In this document: one piece after another, positions 1 through 8,016 of the stretch
Numbering within the stretch: position 1 is the stretch's first letter
How the letters are laid out: each line of letters begins with the position of its first letter
NCBI GenBank assembly: GCA_016176465.1
Contig: JACOXD010000004.1
Location: 50,119-114,118, forward strand
Reading direction: 5' to 3'
DNA from: Candidatus Daviesbacteria bacterium
Lineage (GTDB): Bacteria; Patescibacteriota; Microgenomatia; Daviesbacterales; UBA10151
Length of the DNA stretch: 64,000 nucleotides
The notes under the pieces: model-generated
Told to the model about the DNA's origin: nothing
Database searches by the model: none
The model's input: the letters and a program-made list of their open reading frames with translations, nothing else
Position numbers and translations under genes: made by a program

Positions 1-1
1 C

Positions 2-73
2 TAGTAAATACCCACCTACTAGTAAGACTGCCACCAAAATTGCTGCACCCAAATAGAGGTTTTTATTACTCAT
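2..73 (-). CDS. 5' part of an exported/membrane protein running off the window
   Basis: ATG at 73 on the minus strand reads MSNKNLYLGAAILVAVLLVGGYLL..., signal/TM-like and open to the window edge. Confidence 0.55.
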   Translation of the reverse strand, partial: MSNKNLYLGAAILVAVLLVGGYLL

Positions 74-101
74 AAATTAAGGTTAGAGGATTATAACATC
101 T

Positions 102-1205
102 CTATACTACTTTTTCCCAGGGAAATTCATCTCTACCAAAATGTCCATAAGCAGCGCTAGGTAAATAAATTGGTCGCCTTAAATCTAATTTTTTCAAAAT
201 CCCAGCGACAGATGTATCCAAAATTTTATTGATAAAATTTACTATAACTTTTTCTGTAGTTCTAGCGGTTCCAAAAGTTTCCACTTCCTGCATTAGAGGT
301 TTTTTGGCACCGATAAAATAAGCTAGGGATATTTCACACTTTTTCGCTAAATCATTGGCAACGATATTTTTCGCTAAATACCTGGCCGCGTAAGCACCAG
401 AGCGATCAACTTTGGTTGGATCTTTACCAGAAAAACAACCACCACCAACCCTACTCATGCCTCCATAACCATCTACAACAATTTTTCTACCTGTTAAACC
501 GGAATCTGAGGCCGGTCCCCCTTTATGCCAAACACCGGTTCCATTAACAATTAAATCCGTCTTTGCGATTTGAAATCCAAACTCTCCTAGTACTGGCAAA
601 ACTACTTGTTTATATAAATCATTTTTTACTTGGTTTAAACTTACTTTTTCTTCATGAGGAACTGCCAAAACAACCTTAGTTACTCTTCTTGGCTTATCTT
701 TTTCGTATTCAACCGTAACCTGGCTTTTTCCATCAGGGCGCAAATAAGGAAGGTGTTTTTCCTCTCTTACTTGATCCACTCTTCTGGTTAAGCCGTGAGC
801 TAAAGTAATTGGCATAGGCATATAGCTTTTGGTGTCTTTGCAAGCAAAACCAAACATCATCCCTTGATCCCCAGCACCTTGTTTTTCTACACCAACCGCT
901 ATTTCAGGAGATTGTTCATGAACATAAACTTCAATCGGAGATTTATCAGAAAAGCCAAATTTAGGATCAATGTATCCTAATCTTTTAATTTGTTCCCTGG
1001 CAATTTTTTTAAGATCTATTTTAGCTTTAGTTTTTACTTCCCCTACCATTATTAATCTGTTAAACCCGGCAACTGTTTCAACGGCAACCCGGCCATATGG
1101 ATCTTGCGCTAAAACTGCATCTAAAACTGCATCTGAAATTTGATCGCAAATTTTATCAGGATGTCCGGCACAAACTGATTCAGATGTAAACGTAGTTGTA
1201 CTCAT
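102..1205 (-). CDS. metK: S-adenosylmethionine synthetase
   Basis: FTSESV..GHPDKICDQISD, GAGDQG, GGGCFSGKDPTKVDRS motifs. Confidence 0.98.
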   Translation of the reverse strand: MSTTTFTSESVCAGHPDKICDQISDAVLDAVLAQDPYGRVAVETVAGFNRLIMVGEVKTKAKIDLKKIAREQIKRLGYIDPKFGFSDKSPIEVYVHEQSPEIAVGVEKQGAGDQGMMFGFACKDTKSYMPMPITLAHGLTRRVDQVREEKHLPYLRPDGKSQVTVEYEKDKPRRVTKVVLAVPHEEKVSLNQVKNDLYKQVVLPVLGEFGFQIAKTDLIVNGTGVWHKGGPASDSGLTGRKIVVDGYGGMSRVGGGCFSGKDPTKVDRSGAYAARYLAKNIVANDLAKKCEISLAYFIGAKKPLMQEVETFGTARTTEKVIVNFINKILDTSVAGILKKLDLRRPIYLPSAAYGHFGRDEFPWEKVV

Positions 1206-1206
1206 T

Positions 1207-1232
1207 AAAAAACCCCTATCAAGGAGGGGTTT
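1207..1232 (-). terminator. Intrinsic terminator of the metK leader (riboswitch expression platform)
   Basis: Minus strand AAACCCCT-ccttgat-AGGGGTTT followed by a T run immediately before the metK ATG. Confidence 0.8.
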
Positions 1233-1238
1233 AGGTTT

Positions 1239-1266
1239 TCCTTCTCCGCCAGCCGGCGGATCAGGA
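1239..1266. repeat. Palindromic element half-copy inside the metK leader
   Basis: tccttctccgccagccggcggatcagga, nearly identical to tccttctccgccagctggcggatcagga at 40341-40368. Confidence 0.8.
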
Positions 1267-1267
1267 C

Positions 1268-1357
1268 ATATCTTTCCCCTAAGGAAGCTGGCACCGCGGT
1301 CCGATATGACATCGGACTCGGTTGTCGGTCCGACATCAATCGGACGCTCTTGATAAT
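1268..1357 (-). ncRNA. SAM-I-family riboswitch aptamer (reduced variant)
   Basis: Minus strand TTATCAAGAG...GACAACC...GGTGCCAG.TTCC-ttagg-GGAAAGATA upstream of metK; SAM-I core segments present but P2 is a simple hairpin. Confidence 0.8.
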
Positions 1358-1400
1358 TACTAGCTATTAAAACACAAAAACTAACTTATGTAAATATTCA

Positions 1401-2285
1401 TTAAACAGGAGAAAATAACAAATTCTCATCCATTTGGATAATTTTTTTAGATTCTAGCTCTCTTAGAAACTCTCCTTTTTTATTTGAGTTGCAAATTTTA
1501 CAAAAAGATTTATTGCAAAAGCTTAATTTAGTGGTTGAGATAATTTTTGCTATTTTTTGTTTAAATATTTCTTCAAATTGGAAAACTTTATCTAAGTCAA
1601 ACTCCTCATAAAGATCATTGTTTTTGGGTTCCAACCAAAGTCTCACTATAAACCTAGCTTTTTTATAACCCAAATCTATTAATCTTTTGCAACAAAGCAA
1701 TGTATAAAGCTTGGGCATTAAATCCATATCTAAATTTTCTTTCCCCTTTTCTACATCTTCTCTGTATTTGTAATCACAAATCTCCGGGATTCCATCATCT
1801 CCCATCTCAATTGCATCAGGACCTCCCCAAAGTTTCCATTTTCCATCCTCCCCTTCAATTATCCATTCGCAAAACCCAACTGGTTCAATAGATTTTTTAA
1901 TGTGACCATTTAAGGCATTATAATATTCAATAAAAATTTCACTTGCTTTTTTACATAAATTATCATCAAGAAAATATTTGATTGCAGAGTAAAAAGTTGG
2001 AGAGGAACTTTTGGCAACTTTATCTAACATTTTATTTAAGCTCGCTTTTATTAAGTTAGCTACATACTCAGGTGGTTGATTGTAGGAATTTGTTTGATGA
2101 AACAGCTTAATAGTTTCATCCAATAAGCTGCCTAAAGCCATATTAAAATTTCCCTCTGCTAATTCATATTTTTTACCCAATCCAAAATGGTGTAGTACAA
2201 AAAACCTAAATGGGCAATATTCAAACTCACGAAAATCAGTTAGCGAAAAACAAAACTTACGGTCTATCCCGTCATTAAAAGGCAT
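1401..2285 (-). CDS. PD-(D/E)XK nuclease family protein (AddB/Cas4-like)
   Basis: N-terminal CP.RF, GGPD..E...ICDYK, C-terminal C-x4-C-x2-C. Confidence 0.75.
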   Translation of the reverse strand: MPFNDGIDRKFCFSLTDFREFEYCPFRFFVLHHFGLGKKYELAEGNFNMALGSLLDETIKLFHQTNSYNQPPEYVANLIKASLNKMLDKVAKSSSPTFYSAIKYFLDDNLCKKASEIFIEYYNALNGHIKKSIEPVGFCEWIIEGEDGKWKLWGGPDAIEMGDDGIPEICDYKYREDVEKGKENLDMDLMPKLYTLLCCKRLIDLGYKKARFIVRLWLEPKNNDLYEEFDLDKVFQFEEIFKQKIAKIISTTKLSFCNKSFCKICNSNKKGEFLRELESKKIIQMDENLLFSPV

Positions 2286-2362
2286 AATTAATTAACATAG
2301 CTTAATTTGCTTGCCTTGTAAAGGCAACTTTGGCGAAACTTTTTAAGTTATAATATCTTTTA

Positions 2363-2887
2363 GTGAAAAAATTTCTGCCCATTTTAGTAATATTTTCCCT
2401 AGCGCTTATTTTTCCTTACTACTCTCTAGCCAGAGTTACACCAGAAGATATTGTTAACTCACAAAAAGAGACCTTTGAATCCAAAATAAAAAATTATTCT
2501 CTGGAAAATCAAAATAAAATAAAAAGCCTAGTTGCCAAGATAGAAACTATTAATAAACAAAGGACACAGGAACTTGAATTAATTGTTCAAACCCAAGGAT
2601 TAATTTTAGATGAATATGTCAGAAGGAATAATATTCAAGAAGATGGAGGAAAAGATGGGATTCACCGAAGTAATGACCCTGTGGCAGTAGTCCGGATTGA
2701 AATCACCAGAGCCCATGAAGCGGTAGCATATCAAGCGGCTAAAAACTATATTCCCTCATTGACTTCAGAAAGTAATATGAAGTCTAATTTACTAAACCTT
2801 ATAAATAAATTGGAATATGAATTAAATTCTGCCAGATCCCAAGTTATTAAATCTCAAAATATACTAAAAGGAGTAATTAGTGAATAA
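2363..2887 (+). CDS. Secreted helical hypothetical protein
   Basis: GTG start, signal peptide, coiled-coil-like body. Confidence 0.7.
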   Translation: MKKFLPILVIFSLALIFPYYSLARVTPEDIVNSQKETFESKIKNYSLENQNKIKSLVAKIETINKQRTQELELIVQTQGLILDEYVRRNNIQEDGGKDGIHRSNDPVAVVRIEITRAHEAVAYQAAKNYIPSLTSESNMKSNLLNLINKLEYELNSARSQVIKSQNILKGVISE

Positions 2888-3149
2888 TATAAAAACAATT
2901 TCTTTGGTTATTATATTTTCCATACTAATTGGGGTTGCTATATTTTTTATAACTAATAAAAATACTCCAACAATTTCTAATATAAAATCATTTAATTTTT
3001 CCCAAAATATTGATCCCTCTCCTTCTTCTTCACCTACCCCAGAACCAGTTGATGAAAATACCAATTTAATGGAACAGTTAGAAAAAAATATACCAGAAGA
3101 TTTTTCTCAGGATTTTGAAGAAATAAAAAATATGGTAAATAATTACTAA
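2880..3149 (+). CDS. Membrane-anchored hypothetical protein
   Basis: N-terminal TM, Pro/Ser linker; overlaps the upstream stop. Confidence 0.65.
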   Translation: MNNIKTISLVIIFSILIGVAIFFITNKNTPTISNIKSFNFSQNIDPSPSSSPTPEPVDENTNLMEQLEKNIPEDFSQDFEEIKNMVNNY

Positions 3150-3160
3150 TAGAAAAAAAC

Positions 3161-3349
3161 TTAATTTTTTAATTTAAATGCAGAATATGCTAAATATCCT
3201 GCAACAACTAATCCAAGTATACTAAACCAAGTTGGAACAACCCACCCAGCTATACTTGCTTCCCAACCTAAGAAAAACCTTAATAAATGCAAAATAGCAA
3301 TTACTGCAAAAATAATACCAGTTACTTGATTAAATGTTTGCTGTTTCAA
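3161..3349 (-). CDS. Small 2-TM membrane protein
   Basis: TTG start after GGAGGTG SD; two hydrophobic helices with HLLR. Confidence 0.7.
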   Translation of the reverse strand: MKQQTFNQVTGIIFAVIAILHLLRFFLGWEASIAGWVVPTWFSILGLVVAGYLAYSAFKLKN

Positions 3350-3387
3350 TTCTTAAATCACCTCCTTAATAAATTGTACACCTTTAA

Positions 3388-4359
3388 TTAAGGGTAAGTA
3401 GAGATATTTTTATGATGCTCATCAAGTGTTTTTGCATAATGGGAATTTCCTGCTGAGTCATGGTAATAAAAAAGATAAGGAGTATTTGGATTAGCATTAG
3501 CTACAGCTTTTAAAGAAGAAAGGGAGGGATTGCAAATAGGGGTGGGAGGTAAACCTCGATATTTATAAGTATTATAGGGAGATTCTATTAATTTATCATC
3601 ATTGCTTAAATGCCTTTTCCACCAACTCTTTTCTTTTTCCTGGAAACCCAGGGCATATTGAATTGAGGCATCAACATTTAATCCCACTCCTTCATTGAAA
3701 CGCCTCAGTAAAATTCCTGCTATCTCAGTTCTGGCTTTATCAGAACGCGCTTCCCTCTCAACTAAAGATGCCAAAATCACCCCTTCTTCCAAAGTTAATC
3801 CTTGTTTTTTTATTTTACCCTGCAACTCTTGATCGTATTTTTGTTCAAAATTATTTTTCATTATTGAAGCTATATTCTCTGGCGTTGTTTTAGGATTAAA
3901 TAAATAAGTATCAGGAAACATATATCCTTCCTCTGCAACTTGAATAAACTCATCACTCCCAATTCCTAACTCATCAGCTAATTTTTTTGCTACCTCTTCT
4001 ACTCTTAACCCTTCTACTATAGTTACCCATTTATCTACTGAGCCACTGGAGAGTGTTTTTATGATTTCATCAAGTGACATTTTCCCTGATAATTTAAAAT
4101 CTCCCGCTTCAATCTTTCCTACCATTTTAGTAAGTCTTAATTTGGTTTTAAAAACTAAATTAGAGCGAATTAATCCCATCTTTTCTAGGCGTTTTCCAAT
4201 ACTATCTGTAGATTCTCCTCTGGGAATAACAAAAGCTATTACTTCTCCAGTTGGGTTAACAGGGGAGTTTAGGTAACTCCAATAAAATTTTGCTGCCAAG
4301 AATGCTATAAAAACCAAAAAAAGCAAAATAATCCAATTTCTAAAAAAATCTTTTTTCAT
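3388..4359 (-). CDS. mltG: Endolytic transglycosylase MltG (YceG)
   Basis: EGYMFPDTY, LASLVEREA, SPYNTY..GLPPTPICNP. Confidence 0.95.
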   Translation of the reverse strand: MKKDFFRNWIILLFLVFIAFLAAKFYWSYLNSPVNPTGEVIAFVIPRGESTDSIGKRLEKMGLIRSNLVFKTKLRLTKMVGKIEAGDFKLSGKMSLDEIIKTLSSGSVDKWVTIVEGLRVEEVAKKLADELGIGSDEFIQVAEEGYMFPDTYLFNPKTTPENIASIMKNNFEQKYDQELQGKIKKQGLTLEEGVILASLVEREARSDKARTEIAGILLRRFNEGVGLNVDASIQYALGFQEKEKSWWKRHLSNDDKLIESPYNTYKYRGLPPTPICNPSLSSLKAVANANPNTPYLFYYHDSAGNSHYAKTLDEHHKNISTYP

Positions 4360-4365
4360 ATTTTT

Positions 4366-4427
4366 GTCATTCTGAACCGTAGGCGAAGAATCTATATCAT
4401 GAGATCCTTCACTCCGTTCAGGATGAC
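4366..4427. repeat. Dispersed palindromic element, full copy
   Basis: gtcattctga-N-gaagaatct-N-agatccttc-N-tcaggatgac. Confidence 0.9.
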
Positions 4428-4440
4428 TCCCAAGACAGAG

Positions 4441-4821
4441 TCAGTTTAGCGAATCTAAAAAATTTTGTAAAATTAAAGCCGCAGCGTATGAATCTTCTTT
4501 CTCTTTTTTGGAAACTCCAATTTTTAACATTAAATCTTTAGCATCATGAGAAGTTAAAGTTTCATCAGTTTCTATCACCACTACCTTAGGGTATTTTTTT
4601 AATTCCTTAATAAACTTTTTAACTAAAGCTTTACTCTCCCCACTTTCTGCAACTCCAATAACTACCCTTTCTATTTCTTCCTGCTCTATAACCTTCTTTA
4701 TTTTATAAAGTGCATCATTTAATCCATTAATCTTTAAGGTTTTATAAATTGAGGCAATCGCTCCATCAGATAGCGCTAAGCCTATTTTTTTCTTACCATA
4801 ATCAACTCCTAAATACTTCAT
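4441..4821 (-). CDS. ruvX: YqgF/RuvX pre-16S rRNA nuclease
   Basis: LGVDYGKKKIGLALSD, DETLTS, DSYAAALIL. Confidence 0.92.
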   Translation of the reverse strand: MKYLGVDYGKKKIGLALSDGAIASIYKTLKINGLNDALYKIKKVIEQEEIERVVIGVAESGESKALVKKFIKELKKYPKVVVIETDETLTSHDAKDLMLKIGVSKKEKEDSYAAALILQNFLDSLN

Positions 4822-4828
4822 ATTGATT

Positions 4829-4904
4829 TGTCATTCTGATACGTAAGTGAAGAATCTAAAGAAAGATCCTTCTCCCCTCCGGGGGGCCCGCGCTCAGGAT
4901 GACA
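4829..4904. repeat. Dispersed palindromic element, full copy
   Basis: tgtcattctga-N-gaagaatct-N-agatccttc-N-tcaggatgaca. Confidence 0.9.
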
Positions 4905-4936
4905 GAAAACTTTAAATAATATAACTTCTGTCAACT

Positions 4937-5569
4937 CTATTTTAATTTTGCCAATACTACCAACCTTTTAGTATTAAATCCAGGCGGTACGCAAGTCATT
5001 AAAGTTAGGTATCTGCCTACTTTGTCTGGTGGATTAATCACAGAAATATCTTTAGGATCAACAATTTTTATTTGCAAAGTAACGTATTCAAACTTTTGTC
5101 CTGAAACATAAAGTTCAATATTATCACCAATCTTTAACTCAGGTAATTTGGCAAAAATTGCCTGGAAATTTCCAGGCTTATATAGCTGGACTAGTGATGA
5201 ATGACCGGTGATAAAAATATTACCCTTTTCTCCGGGAAGAGCAGAACCAGGCAAATGGGCCAAATTTTCCTCAAAACTATTAGTATCTACTTTAACTAAA
5301 ATATCTTTTAAATTGATTTTATTAATGGTTAAAAAAAATCGATCATAAGTATAACTTCTCTCTTTACTGTCGGAGATAAAGGCCGGAAAATTGCCTATAT
5401 TTTGAATACTTACTCCTGCAACTTCTCCTTTTTGGGGATCGATTAAAGCTTTACTTTGCCAATAGTTACTAAATTCCCAAAACTTAAATGCAATAAGCGG
5501 CATAATTATTTGAACTAAAATAAAAATCCCAATGCTTAGGCAGATTAGCGAAAATATTTTAATAACCAT
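4937..5569 (-). CDS. Sortase
   Basis: N-terminal TM, ITGHS, LTLMTC..P...KRLVV (His/Cys/Arg). Confidence 0.92.
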   Translation of the reverse strand: MVIKIFSLICLSIGIFILVQIIMPLIAFKFWEFSNYWQSKALIDPQKGEVAGVSIQNIGNFPAFISDSKERSYTYDRFFLTINKINLKDILVKVDTNSFEENLAHLPGSALPGEKGNIFITGHSSLVQLYKPGNFQAIFAKLPELKIGDNIELYVSGQKFEYVTLQIKIVDPKDISVINPPDKVGRYLTLMTCVPPGFNTKRLVVLAKLK

Positions 5570-5571
5570 AA

Positions 5572-7824
5572 TTATTTAGCAGTTACATCAAGCGAGATAC
5601 GGGAAGCTAAAAACGGCAACCTTTGTAAAAATGAAGGTAGTGCTGGGTTAATTTGAATATCGCTTGAAATAACATTCTCGATAGAACGTAAAATAGATGC
5701 CGCATCTGTTGGAGTTTTAAATGCAATTTTCTTTTTAATATTTTCCTCATCTAATTTTGGCATTAATTTAGCCTTAAACTTTGCAAGAAAAATTAACTTC
5801 CCATCATCTTCCATCTTAGCCACATCAGCTTGGGTTTCTGTATCAGCTAAATCTAAACTAAAACCTGGCGGGACATTTGTTTCTACTAATTTAGAAACCA
5901 TTCTTTTTAAATCCATGTCTGAGTAGGCAGTACCAGTAAATTTAAGGGATAAATTAAGGGTAAAATCCACTCCTTGATCATTAATATTTTTAGAATAGGT
6001 CGTTTTGGCATTTTCTTCAGATAAAGCCTCTTCTAATACTTTATAATCTCCTGATAATTTAGCTTGTAGATTATCTTTAGCTTTTTTACGTAAATTGGAT
6101 GAAGCTATGGCCAACAATTTTTTCTGATCATCTGATGTCACAATTGTTACATCTTTACTGGTACCCCCGCTAAATGTGCTATCTACTTTGGCTGAGAAAT
6201 TATCGCTAGATTGACCTTGAATTGATAATTCCTTGCCGGCCGGTAAGTTACCTTCAGGTCCAATTTGAGCTGCTGTTACATTAGCGGTTGCTTTTCCAAA
6301 AGCAATTCCTCCTTCAACAGCAGACTCTGAAGCAATGTTAACTGTAGAATCCAAGGTAAATTGGATATTATCTCCAACTAAAATACTCCCTTGGGAGAAA
6401 GTTTTTGGGGAGGTGGTTTTATTGTAAATAACTACGGCTCCTTTTGAGGGATCTCCAATTTTTTTCTTTCCACTCGCAACTCCTCGCTCAAAACCTGTTA
6501 AAACTGTCTCTACCCGTTTACCCGGAATTTTCCTATTAGATTCATCTACAGAAGTCACTTCTGGATCTACTATAACTTGAGCCTCTTTTTCCAAAATTCT
6601 TGGATCAATAAATATTGTTACTTTGGCATGAGGAATAAATAAGTAGCTAACAATAAGTATTATTAAAATTAATATAGGTAATAGCCAAACTTTGGGAACA
6701 AATTGAAATCGAAAGGAAGTAATTTTATTTTTAATTACCAAAGGTAGACTAGTAGATAGCTTTGCTAAATAATTTGGAGGAATAATATCTTTTCTGATAA
6801 AATCTTTTTCCTGCTCATCTATTTCTAACCCTTCATCCATCAGTTGCTTCTCTTCCTTGTCCTGAGCGTTTGCAGTGAACGAAGTTGAACTGGAATCGAA
6901 GGATTCCTCTTCAATATTTCCTTGGACAAATCCTACCTCTTTTAAGGAATCATGCGAATGGGGGGAATCTAAACTGGCAATTTCTTGTTTTTTAACTTCT
7001 TTAGTTGTTAGATTATTTAAATCTTTTTCCCCGAAAGTAGTATCAGGATTTAACTCAGAGGCTCCAGCAAACGAAACAGCAGCAATGGTTACCTTTTGAT
7101 CCAAAATATCTACTTTAGGAAGGTGTAGGAAGGGCAAGTTTGACATCCAGGGAAAAGATAACAAATCATCTTTTAGTTTCTCACCGTTTACACTCCCTGT
7201 TGGACCAAACAGCAAAATTTTAGAAGGCAGCACTTCTACCTCAGAAAAAGTAAGCAAACCTTTTTCTATATCTTTTGCCAAATTATCAGATCTTCTAACA
7301 GATTCGCTTCCGATGATTTTTCCAGCTTTGACAATGGTGATGATTAAAGGATCAGAAATATTTACTAAAATAGCAGTTAAAGGCACTCCTTGGATTTTTT
7401 GCAGCAGATGGGAGATAGCGTGGGCTGATGAAACATAGGCCATGGGAGATAAATCTAACTCCTTAACTAAATCCTTAATGGTTTTTAAATGCTCCTCCTT
7501 TAAATTGTCATCCTGAAGCCAGGAATCAGGAACACCAAAGAGGATTTTTGAGGGTTCAATCTCAAGCGCGCCTAAAGTTTCATCTAAGCTCAAATTAGCA
7601 GCCTCAATTAATTTACCATCCTCAATATTAGCCAAAGCTATATTAACTAACTTTAGTTGATTGTTTTCCAGACTCCATAAACTTGCTTGAACTTGTGTTT
7701 GGTCAATATTTAACGCAAAAAAGTATTCATTTTCAGAAGACTTTGGAGAAAAAAAAGGTAGCTTGGGCAGCTTATCTAAAAAGCTCATAAGAAACTTAAA
7801 ATATCTTACCATACTCAATCTCAA
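5572..7824 (-). CDS. Large membrane protein: FtsA/actin-like N-terminal region, TM, baseplate-J-like extracellular region (start probably MSFLDK near 7788)
   Basis: Architecture of the translation; A..G..GNLPAG, FSGG.S and V...D motifs typical of baseplate-J-like domains. Confidence 0.6.
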   Translation of the reverse strand: MRLSMVRYFKFLMSFLDKLPKLPFFSPKSSENEYFFALNIDQTQVQASLWSLENNQLKLVNIALANIEDGKLIEAANLSLDETLGALEIEPSKILFGVPDSWLQDDNLKEEHLKTIKDLVKELDLSPMAYVSSAHAISHLLQKIQGVPLTAILVNISDPLIITIVKAGKIIGSESVRRSDNLAKDIEKGLLTFSEVEVLPSKILLFGPTGSVNGEKLKDDLLSFPWMSNLPFLHLPKVDILDQKVTIAAVSFAGASELNPDTTFGEKDLNNLTTKEVKKQEIASLDSPHSHDSLKEVGFVQGNIEEESFDSSSTSFTANAQDKEEKQLMDEGLEIDEQEKDFIRKDIIPPNYLAKLSTSLPLVIKNKITSFRFQFVPKVWLLPILILIILIVSYLFIPHAKVTIFIDPRILEKEAQVIVDPEVTSVDESNRKIPGKRVETVLTGFERGVASGKKKIGDPSKGAVVIYNKTTSPKTFSQGSILVGDNIQFTLDSTVNIASESAVEGGIAFGKATANVTAAQIGPEGNLPAGKELSIQGQSSDNFSAKVDSTFSGGTSKDVTIVTSDDQKKLLAIASSNLRKKAKDNLQAKLSGDYKVLEEALSEENAKTTYSKNINDQGVDFTLNLSLKFTGTAYSDMDLKRMVSKLVETNVPPGFSLDLADTETQADVAKMEDDGKLIFLAKFKAKLMPKLDEENIKKKIAFKTPTDAASILRSIENVISSDIQINPALPSFLQRLPFLASRISLDVTAK
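6857..6903. repeat. Palindromic element inserted in frame (encodes SFDSSSTSFTANAQDK)
   Basis: ttgtcctgagcg-[gcagtgaacgaagttgaactg]-tcgaagga. Confidence 0.7.
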
Positions 7825-7840
7825 ATAAAAATAATTTTTG

Positions 7841-7849
7841 TGATATAAT
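7841..7849 (+). promoter_or_regulatory. Extended -10 promoter of the alaS leader
   Basis: TGATATAAT just upstream of the T-box leader. Confidence 0.6.
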
Positions 7850-7860
7850 CTTTAATGACA

Positions 7861-8016
7861 AAAGCGTTAACTGGAAAGAAGGGATTATCCCGGGCCAATC
7901 CAGGAGCTGGGTACGATGAGCATTCCCGTTGATAACGTAATAATCTAAATCAAGAAGCAAGCCAGGTGGTACCACGAAGTTAGACCTTCGTCCTAGCAAA
8001 GGATGGAGGTTTTTTT
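7861..8016 (+). ncRNA. T-box riboswitch (Ala) with terminator
   Basis: AGGTGGTACCACG T-box at ~7964-7976, CTTCGTCCT antiterminator 3' arm, terminator ACCTTCGTCCT/AGGATGGAGGT plus T run; GCC specifier at 7894-7896. Confidence 0.9.

Noticed and set aside
5572-7824. Prophage suggested by the baseplate-like domain
   Set aside because: No terminase, capsid, integrase or other phage genes in the window
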